From contig JAZNNG010000077.1 of the NCBI GenBank assembly GCA_045580165.1, positions 1,810-65,809 of the forward strand: 64,000 nt of DNA, read 5' to 3'. The position numbers were made by a program, and so were the translations under genes. Position 1 is the first letter of the stretch; every line of letters begins with the position of its first letter. Shown here piece by piece: positions 56,869 to 64,000 of this stretch. The DNA comes from Eubacteriales bacterium (GTDB taxonomy: Bacteria > Bacillota > Clostridia > Oscillospirales > CAG-272). Under the pieces are notes generated by a model. The model was not told the DNA's origin. It did not search any database and saw nothing but the letters and a program-made list of their open reading frames with translations.

Positions 56869-58216
56869 CCTTTTGAAGTGTAAGGAACTTGGTATATTTA
56901 CCTATCCATTTCATTTTTACCGTATCGGTAGATCCGTGCCTGTTCTTTGCAACGATAACTTCAGCCACGTTCTGATCCTGCTCCTTGTCGGTGTTATAAT
57001 ACTCACTACGATAAAGGAACATAACAACGTCTGCGTCCTGCTCGATAGATCCCGAATCACGAAGGTCGGAAAGCATAGGCTTTGCATCCTTTCTTTGCTC
57101 GGCGCCACGCGAAAGCTGAGCGCAGCATACTATCGGAATTTCAAGCTCTTTGGCGAGAAGCTTCAGATCTCTTGAAATTGCGGCTACCTCTTGAACTCTG
57201 TTTTCAGACTTTCTGTCAGACTGCATAAGCTGAAGATAGTCGATTACAACAAGACCAAGGTTGTCTATTTTGCGAAGCTTGGCTTTCATTTTTGCGACAG
57301 ACATACCGCTGGTGTCGTCTATATAAATATTACATTTACTGAGCTGACCTGCAGCATGGGTGAGCTTCACCCAATCTTCTTTTTCTATTTTACCGGAACG
57401 CAACGCATAGCTGTCCACCAAAGCTTCACTCGATAACATTCTGAGCACGAGCTGCTCTGCCGACATTTCAAGGCTGAATACGCATACCGCCTTACCCGTA
57501 CCGTTTGATGATACCTGTGACGCAATGTTGAGCGCAAAGCTCGTTTTGCCCATACCGGGACGTGCGCCGATAAGTATAAAGTCGCCGGGGCCCATCCCGA
57601 CAAGGACTCTGTCAAGGTCGGAATATCCGGTTTTTGTACCTGTAGCACCTTCCTCACTTTGAGAAAGCCGCCTTAAATTGGTAAGAGTAGATACAAGCAC
57701 GTCCTTTATGTGAATGTAGTCGTTTTTGTCGTTCGTCTGGATGAGTCTGAAGAATTTATCTGCCGACTCGTGAAGCACGTCGTTGACGTCGTCATAAGCG
57801 CCCGTAAGAACGGTATCTGAAACCTCCTCGGAAGCTTCAAGAAGCATACGCAAAAGGCTGTTTTCTCTGACTATCTGAGCATAATCCTTAATGTTTTTTG
57901 CGGAGGGAACCACTTGTGCAATAAGCTTTATGTACTCGCTTATATCCTTGTTTTGGAGAACACCGTTCTTTTTAAGAGCCTCTATAAGAGTAACGACGTC
58001 GATGCTTTTACTGTTTATAAACAGTTCGCTCATCGCAAGATAAATCTTTGCGTGGTCGTCAATATAAAAGTCCGACGAGGTGATTATCTCCGTTATTTCC
58101 TCGATAGATCTCGGGTCGATAAGTATCGAACCGAGGACTGATTGCTCAGCCTCAAGAGAGAATGGGACCTTCCTCTCGGAAACACTCGGCGTTTTGCTAA
58201 AATCTGCGGAATTCAT
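56846..58216 (-). CDS. dnaB: Replicative DNA helicase
   Basis: PFSLEAEQSVLGSIL, Walker A GARPGMGKT, and the IDYLQLM and SRGAEQR motifs. Confidence 0.96.
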   Translation of the reverse strand: MNSADFSKTPSVSERKVPFSLEAEQSVLGSILIDPRSIEEITEIITSSDFYIDDHAKIYLAMSELFINSKSIDVVTLIEALKKNGVLQNKDISEYIKLIAQVVPSAKNIKDYAQIVRENSLLRMLLEASEEVSDTVLTGAYDDVNDVLHESADKFFRLIQTNDKNDYIHIKDVLVSTLTNLRRLSQSEEGATGTKTGYSDLDRVLVGMGPGDFILIGARPGMGKTSFALNIASQVSSNGTGKAVCVFSLEMSAEQLVLRMLSSEALVDSYALRSGKIEKEDWVKLTHAAGQLSKCNIYIDDTSGMSVAKMKAKLRKIDNLGLVVIDYLQLMQSDRKSENRVQEVAAISRDLKLLAKELEIPIVCCAQLSRGAEQRKDAKPMLSDLRDSGSIEQDADVVMFLYRSEYYNTDKEQDQNVAEVIVAKNRHGSTDTVKMKWIGKYTKFLTLQKDEIQGGE

Positions 58217-58234
58217 ATATTTATCCCTTCAAAA

Positions 58235-58684
58235 TTACTTAATGTTAGAAACTACAACGTTTAGCTTTCCGATAACCTCTGAATAAAGCTTGACATCAAT
58301 TGTGTATGAGCCGTAGCTTTTAATGGGCTCGTCAAGAAGGATTTTCTTTTTATCAATAGAAATACCTGTAGACTTTTCAAGCTCCTCTGCAATATCCTTT
58401 GATGTGACCGAGCCAAAGAGTCTGCCGTCGGGTCCCGCCTGAAGCATCAGCTTTACTACAACGGGAGCAAGCTTTTCGGCAAGCTTTTTTGCTTCCTCGC
58501 GCTCAACCTCAATTTTGTGCTTCTGTGCTGCCTCTTTATTTTTTATATCGTTAAGTGCCTTACTGTCTGCAACGACTGCAAGTCCCTTAGGGAACAGGAA
58601 GTTGCGTGCATAACCGTCTGATACGTTGATTATCTGACCCTTTTTGCCCTGAGCCTTAACGTCTTGTGTGAGAATTACTTTCAT
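58235..58684 (-). CDS. rplI: 50S ribosomal protein L9
   Basis: [30 protein letters not shown]. Confidence 0.96.
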   Translation of the reverse strand: MKVILTQDVKAQGKKGQIINVSDGYARNFLFPKGLAVVADSKALNDIKNKEAAQKHKIEVEREEAKKLAEKLAPVVVKLMLQAGPDGRLFGSVTSKDIAEELEKSTGISIDKKKILLDEPIKSYGSYTIDVKLYSEVIGKLNVVVSNIK

Positions 58685-58717
58685 TGTTTTACTCCAATCC
58701 TTAAGATTAATAATTTG

Positions 58718-60745
58718 TTATTTCTTTGTATTTGTACTGTCGATATATCCGTCGATCTGCTCCTTAAGGGCAATGAGCGTCTGATCGAGAGTTGCATCCT
58801 TGATTTGAGCGCCTGCAGACTCGTAATATCCGCCGCCGCCCACGCCTTCAATGATAGAGGCAACGTTGATCTTTCCTGCAGAACGTGCTGATATGTGGAT
58901 TATATTGTTGATTTCAAAAACTGCAAACGATGCGTGAACACCCTTCAGGTCAAGCAAAATATCAGCAACTCTTGCCGCAGTGATTTTGTCGTCCGGGTTG
59001 TCCGATGCTCTGAGAGCCGCAATAGCAAAATGCTCTCGGTAAATTTTAGCATCTGCCGCGCAAACGGCAGAGCGTTTGTAATCGTCGAGGGAGCTTTCGA
59101 AAAGCACCTGCGCTTCCGCAGGGCTTGCGCCCTCGCAACGCAAGTATTGAGCCGCGCTGAAGGTTCTGATACCCGTGTTTCTCGTAAACTGCTTTGTATC
59201 GAGGATGATACCCGACATAAGAAGGAGTGCTTCCTTCGGGGGGAGGGTGCCGAGCGTCAACGTGTGCTCGAGGAATTCCGCGACAAGCTCTGACGCGGAG
59301 GATGCGTAAGGCTCAATGTATTCGATTTCCGTCTTATAGACTGGTACGTCCTTTGCTTTGTGCTTGCTGTGGTGGTCGATTATTATAAGCTTACCGCTAT
59401 TTGCCGCAACGTCCTGTGACTCGAATCTGAGCGCATTGTTAGCATCAACTACAATGGCAAGTGAGTCACTTCTGACCAGATCCTGGGCGCTTACCGAATC
59501 GATGAACCAGGCATTATATTCGTCTGATGACAGATAGTCAAGGCATAGCTTTGTGTTTATGCTTTCCTTGTCAATGATGATCTTGGGAGTCTGTCCGCAG
59601 CTTACCGCGAGACGCGCCATACCAACGCACGCGCCTATTGAATCGTAGTCGGGGTTTTTGTGACCCATTATAAGCACGTTTCCTGCGGATTTCATCATTT
59701 CGCATATTCTTGCAGCAGTCATCCTTGCCCTTACCTGGGTCGATTTAGACGTAGTCTTGACTCTTCCGTCAAACGAAACGTTCTCGTTACCGTTGTTATA
59801 AACGGCAGTATCTCCACCACGCTTTAGTGCAAACTCAAGTGCGGCTCGAGCGCCGTTTTCTTTCTGTGCAAGAGTGCCGGGGAAGCGCGCAGCGCCGATC
59901 GATATAGTAAGCGACAGATTGGTTTCGCCAACTTTAATCTCGTGTATCTTCTCACGGATCCTGAACTTGTCCTCAATAAATCTGTCGAGATATCGCGATT
60001 CAAAAACGAAGATATATTTGTTCTTTTCGAATTCCTTGATTATTCCGCCAACCTCGGACGCCCATTCCTTGAGGGTGACCTCTACCTGATGGGAAGCTTC
60101 GCGCGTTTTTTCGTTAACGGCCTGACTGAGCTCATCAAGGTTATCTACAAGAATGTAAGCAACTACCGTTTGCTCATCCACAATACGCTTGTTAAGCTTT
60201 ACATAGTCGGTTCTTTCGTTCCAAATTGTGATGTAATACGGACTGTGCTGAGCTTCTATTCTGTAGCCTTTGATGTTAAAAACCTTATTAAAAGCTGTGG
60301 CTTCAACGCCCTCGTTTGCTTCGCTTGCTACTATCGTACCAATATCCGTATTGCATATTTCCTCAATGTTTTTCGGGAACTGAGCACCGCTTTTAATGGG
60401 AACGTGTCTGTAAAGCGAATCGTTGCAGTAAATTATTTTGCCCGATTCAGAGCATATAAGAATAGGGAGGTATAGCTCCTTGATAAACTGAAGTGTTATA
60501 TTCTGGAGAATAGGGTCGTTAAGGTCGCCCGATTTTCCCGTAAACTTCAGACAGAAGAATTCATAAAGCTTGTCGGAAATCAACCATAAAGCGGCGTTTA
60601 AAGCAAACATTACGATTGCAAGAAGGAATACGTTCATTTCCTTTGAACGTGACATTGCGGCAAAAATTACAAACACCGCAAGGGTAAGAGCCGGCTTTAT
60701 CAAAAGCTTTACATTAACTTTTTTGTTTTCTTTATTTTTGATCAT
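58718..60745 (-). CDS. gdpP: DHH/DHHA1 phosphodiesterase GdpP (cyclic-di-AMP phosphodiesterase type)
   Basis: Two N-terminal TM helices, PAS-like and degenerate GGDEF regions, DHH (IIIDHH) and DHHA1 (GGGGH-like GVGGGGY). ATG at 60745 follows GAGGAGG. Confidence 0.88.
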   Translation of the reverse strand: MIKNKENKKVNVKLLIKPALTLAVFVIFAAMSRSKEMNVFLLAIVMFALNAALWLISDKLYEFFCLKFTGKSGDLNDPILQNITLQFIKELYLPILICSESGKIIYCNDSLYRHVPIKSGAQFPKNIEEICNTDIGTIVASEANEGVEATAFNKVFNIKGYRIEAQHSPYYITIWNERTDYVKLNKRIVDEQTVVAYILVDNLDELSQAVNEKTREASHQVEVTLKEWASEVGGIIKEFEKNKYIFVFESRYLDRFIEDKFRIREKIHEIKVGETNLSLTISIGAARFPGTLAQKENGARAALEFALKRGGDTAVYNNGNENVSFDGRVKTTSKSTQVRARMTAARICEMMKSAGNVLIMGHKNPDYDSIGACVGMARLAVSCGQTPKIIIDKESINTKLCLDYLSSDEYNAWFIDSVSAQDLVRSDSLAIVVDANNALRFESQDVAANSGKLIIIDHHSKHKAKDVPVYKTEIEYIEPYASSASELVAEFLEHTLTLGTLPPKEALLLMSGIILDTKQFTRNTGIRTFSAAQYLRCEGASPAEAQVLFESSLDDYKRSAVCAADAKIYREHFAIAALRASDNPDDKITAARVADILLDLKGVHASFAVFEINNIIHISARSAGKINVASIIEGVGGGGYYESAGAQIKDATLDQTLIALKEQIDGYIDSTNTKK

Positions 60746-61727
60746 GTTTTGCCTCCTCATTTTTTTGGAGATTGCTATACTTAAATGAATATTTTACTCC
60801 GGAGAGAGCAAGGTAAAAGATAAATATGGGGAACGCGCCGAATATTGACGAAATGAAAGCGAGAATCAGTACAAAGGGACTTGAATGCTCAACCTTGAAT
60901 TTGATCGTCAGAATATAATAAATTCCCGAAAAGATAAGCACGGGTGTGAGAATAAGAAGAAGATTCTGAGCGAGCATACTGTTATATTTTATGGTTTCGG
61001 AAGGAGCTTTAATGAACAATGTAAACGCAAGCGAAATAACGTAGACCGATGAGGTTATTCTCGAAGGCATAACGTCAAATAAGCTTCCGTTATACACCTC
61101 TGAATTTGCTCCGGTGATCTTAAAGGTGAGTGCCGTAGCTATATAGATAAAGCATGATTCAACAACTGTTGAGGAGATATACGTTCCCACAGCCAGCACC
61201 TTGAGGATCGATGACACATATTCCGTGCTTGAATAGCTATTGCCCATTATTGCGGAATATGCTTCCATCAATTGCTGAGCGTTTTCATCAATGCTCGAAG
61301 ATATTGCTTGCAGCTCATCTTTAAACGAAAAACTGCCTGTTGTAATCAAAACCGTTATAACGTATGCTAAAATACAGTAAAGCAAGTAAGAAACGGTAAT
61401 GGAAACAATAACCGAAATCGGCTTACTTTTGTTTCTGAACGCAAAGCCGGCAGTGAGTGCAGGAAGCAAAAACGCAATCGCATTAATTGCAGAAATGGGA
61501 TTTTCAAAAAATAATACTGCTAAAAAAATGAGCGTTGCGGGTATAAGAGAATAAATTCCCGTGTAAAACACTACGTAGCTGAAGCAAGCAACGGATATAG
61601 CAACAGAAACCAAAGAAACGAACGGTACAAAGGATACTCGAGTGAGAAGAACGGCGAAAATGCCTGCAAGCAAAACGATTATAAGCTTTATAATCGGTAT
61701 TTTTTTGTCCGATAGAAGTAAGTTCAT
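60732..61727 (-). CDS. yybS: YybS-family (DUF2232-like) membrane protein
   Basis: Polytopic membrane protein in the conserved position upstream of gdpP-rplI-dnaB, as in B. subtilis yybS-yybT-rplI-dnaC. Confidence 0.7.
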   Translation of the reverse strand: MNLLLSDKKIPIIKLIIVLLAGIFAVLLTRVSFVPFVSLVSVAISVACFSYVVFYTGIYSLIPATLIFLAVLFFENPISAINAIAFLLPALTAGFAFRNKSKPISVIVSITVSYLLYCILAYVITVLITTGSFSFKDELQAISSSIDENAQQLMEAYSAIMGNSYSSTEYVSSILKVLAVGTYISSTVVESCFIYIATALTFKITGANSEVYNGSLFDVMPSRITSSVYVISLAFTLFIKAPSETIKYNSMLAQNLLLILTPVLIFSGIYYILTIKFKVEHSSPFVLILAFISSIFGAFPIFIFYLALSGVKYSFKYSNLQKNEEAKHDQK

Positions 61728-61850
61728 TGTTTTCCTCGATTGATACGCATATTTATATTATTTTATTATAATATTATATACTAAAAGGAGTCTAAAAGAA
61801 AATTTTTTGTTAACATTAAAAGCAGACGTCATATAAACGTCTGCTTCTTG

Positions 61851-62399
61851 TCATTTTCTAGGCCCTTTGCTGAGTCCGAGAAACACCAAAATTCTGAAAT
61901 TTTTGCTTCCTGCATAATAAGATAGTCCCGATACTGCTATCGCAGGTAAAACGAAAGCCGCAAGTACTATAAACTTATGAATATGCGCCTCGAACAGTGT
62001 AAAGAAAGAGGCGTACATACCGTTAAGAAGGGTAGAGACAGTGTAAGCGGTAGCGCTTATGCCGGATGCCCATTCCCAAAAGCTTAAAAAGTAAAAGAAT
62101 ATATTAATAAACGATAAGATTATATATAGGCTGTTAGCCGCTACTCCGAGCAGCATGCCTTTGTAATCGCATCTATCCATCCTTCCGCCGTCGACCTTGA
62201 TTTTGTCCTTGGCTCCGATTTCCCATCCTGTACAGTACACAAGATAGAGATAAAAGAGTGCCGACAAAAGCCCCGTTGCGATTTTCAGATCTGTTTTGAA
62301 GGTAGCAGCAAAGAGAAGGTGACCGAAAATCGTCATGCCGAGCTGGTTAACGAACAGCTTAACGATAGAATCTGAATTGTTCTTGTAGAATGAAAACAT
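61851..62399 (-). CDS. Hypothetical membrane protein (182 aa)
   Basis: About 5 TM helices, followed by its own terminator (61820-61846). I recognise no family. Confidence 0.55.
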   Translation of the reverse strand: MFSFYKNNSDSIVKLFVNQLGMTIFGHLLFAATFKTDLKIATGLLSALFYLYLVYCTGWEIGAKDKIKVDGGRMDRCDYKGMLLGVAANSLYIILSFINIFFYFLSFWEWASGISATAYTVSTLLNGMYASFFTLFEAHIHKFIVLAAFVLPAIAVSGLSYYAGSKNFRILVFLGLSKGPRK

Positions 62400-62565
62400 A
62401 TATATACCTCGTTTCTTTAGGTAATTCTACACTAAGCGGTATTATTTTTCAAGCGCGAAGTCTAAAAATTTACAGTTTATATAATTTTAGTTTTTATATT
62501 TCTTCCTTGACATGCACAAGGTAATTTATTATAATTGAATCAGAAAACAGAAAGGAGGTGTCATT

Positions 62566-63576
62566 ATGCCGGTGGATATCAGCTCAAAGCTATCCGGACT
62601 ACCGTCTGTTGTACGAGAATACTGTATGAGTAAGCTCGTTATCGAAAACAAGTCACCGAAAACGGTTGAGGAATATGCAAGCGACCTTAGGATATTTTTC
62701 AAATTTATGATGATCCATAAAGGACTCTCGTCTGCACGGATTACAGATTATGAAGAATTTTCTACGGTTGATATTAGTCGCATTGACGTATCTTTTCTGA
62801 ACTCTATATCTACTGTGGACGTATACGAATATCTTATATATGCTCAAAGCGTGCGCAAAAACGAATGGTGTGCAAGAGCAAGAAAGCTATCAGCAGTAAA
62901 GAACTTTTTCAAATACGTTACTGTAAAAATGCACTTGACGGACCACAATCCCGTAAAGGATATAGAAAGCCCCAAGCCTAAAAAGACACTTCCTAAGTTT
63001 TTAACGCTCGAGGAGGCGCAACTTCTGTTAAATGCAGTTGCAGAAGATAAAGAATCTCCGTTTCTCGACAGAGATTACGCTATTATAACGCTTTTCCTCA
63101 ACTGCGGAATGCGTTTGTCCGAGCTTGTTGGAATAAACAAAACCGACATAAGCGCTGATCTTGCCACTGTCAGAGTAGTCGGTAAGGGTTCTAAAGAAAG
63201 AGTCCTTTATCTCAATAACGCTTGTAAGGTCGCCATCACTTCGCATCTCAATATACAAAACAAAAGACTTGATATTAAGGACACGAACGCTCTATTTTTA
63301 AGCAGGCTCGGTACAAGGATAAGTGTTAAAACCGTACAGTGGGTAGTAAAAAAATACCTCGAGAGGGCAGGACTTGAAAACAGGAAAATGTCTGTTCATA
63401 AATTGAGGCATACTGCGGCAACTCTGATGTACAGAACGGGAAAGGTTGACGTAAGAGTTCTCAAGGATATACTTGGTCACGAACAGTTAAATACTACACA
63501 GATCTATACACACGTAAGCGACGACTCAATGAGAGCCGCTGCAGAAGCAAACCCTATGGCAGACATAAAAAAATGA
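62566..63576 (+). CDS. Tyrosine recombinase, XerC/XerD-like
   Basis: SAM-like N domain. Catalytic core has R (GMRLSEL), HKLRHTAAT, GHEQLNTTQIYTHV (catalytic Tyr). TTGACA-17-TATAAT promoter at about 62507-62535. Confidence 0.85.
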   Translation: MPVDISSKLSGLPSVVREYCMSKLVIENKSPKTVEEYASDLRIFFKFMMIHKGLSSARITDYEEFSTVDISRIDVSFLNSISTVDVYEYLIYAQSVRKNEWCARARKLSAVKNFFKYVTVKMHLTDHNPVKDIESPKPKKTLPKFLTLEEAQLLLNAVAEDKESPFLDRDYAIITLFLNCGMRLSELVGINKTDISADLATVRVVGKGSKERVLYLNNACKVAITSHLNIQNKRLDIKDTNALFLSRLGTRISVKTVQWVVKKYLERAGLENRKMSVHKLRHTAATLMYRTGKVDVRVLKDILGHEQLNTTQIYTHVSDDSMRAAAEANPMADIKK

Positions 63577-63603
63577 CCCTCGCACGACTGCGAAGGTCAT
63601 TTT

Positions 63604-64000
63604 TTATATGGTAGAATCTATGTATTCTATAAGTCCCGCGACCGCGCCGTTATCGTTGGAGCAAACGACAACGTCGGAATAAAGCTTAACTTCCTTTAGT
63701 GAGTTTTCGGGACAAGCCGCTACGTCAGATTGCTTGAGCAAATCAATATCGTTTTCGTAATCGCCGATTCCGTACATGCAAATAGGACCGTGCTTAGCCT
63801 CAAGCATATGCTTGACCTCAAGAGCACCGACGCCTTTAGTTGCTTTAAGATTGAACAATTCGAGCTGAGTAGGTGAGGAGCGCGCAATCTGATAAAGCCC
63901 CTCTGCTTTAACTTTTATAAACTTTGAAGCAAGATCAAGGTTATCCTCATCCCCCACAAAAACCACCTTGTGCCAATCGTACGTCGGGAGATTCTCTATA
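63604..64000 (-). CDS. Cof-type HAD phosphatase, C-terminal part (start outside window)
   Basis: KGVGALEV...GIGDYENDIDLLK...NGAVAGLIE is typical of the HAD-IIB Cof subfamily. The frame is open to the window edge. Confidence 0.75.
   Translation of the reverse strand, partial: IENLPTYDWHKVVFVGDEDNLDLASKFIKVKAEGLYQIARSSPTQLELFNLKATKGVGALEVKHMLEAKHGPICMYGIGDYENDIDLLKQSDVAACPENSLKEVKLYSDVVVCSNDNGAVAGLIEYIDSTI

Noticed and set aside
62566-63576. Tyrosine recombinase as the marker of an integrated mobile element or prophage
   Set aside because: No phage, conjugation or IS genes are adjacent, and I found no flanking direct repeats. It is not next to the tRNA gene (the only tRNA is 46 kb away). The sequence resembles chromosomal XerC/XerD-type recombinases.

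Overview
This 64-kb window looks like a largely core chromosomal segment of a Clostridia-class Firmicute. The taxonomic guess (Ruminococcaceae/Oscillospiraceae-like) is an inference from a type-I dockerin protein, a split transketolase, a hisZ-containing his operon and a yybS-gdpP-rplI-dnaB block. I support about 57 protein-coding genes and one tRNA-Leu(UAG). I see no rRNA, CRISPR array, IS element or prophage.

Main blocks:
- prfB followed by the split tkt genes.
- apgM-lepB, two unknown membrane proteins, then topB.
- A methyltransferase-rsmI pair.
- A complete 11-gene his operon on the minus strand, headed by a YerC/TrpR-like gene.
- pgk-tpiA.
- An origin-type block yybS-gdpP-rplI-dnaB-tilS-hpt-ftsH.
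- glyQS behind an LCP gene, and hprK.

No classical defense or mobile island is visible.

Observations most worth a second look:
1. A self-contained SOS cassette at about 2.0-2.5 kb. A consensus sigma-A promoter is overlaid by three helically phased LexA (Cheo) boxes and drives an orphan 103-aa protein.
2. A divergent accessory-looking locus at 16-25.5 kb. One arm is an HxxxD acyltransferase plus a zinc-ribbon membrane protein. The other arm is a HAD hydrolase, a P-type ATPase homolog with every catalytic motif degenerated, and a 1281-aa dockerin/beta-helix protein with an internally duplicated unknown domain. The shared intergenic region carries clustered GTAGA pentamer repeats.
3. A 45-aa Asn/Gln-rich tandem-repeat micro-ORF at 11.8 kb, which reads as a Cys-rich ORF on the opposite strand.

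All functional calls rest on motif recognition in the supplied translations and reading of the DNA. No database search was possible.
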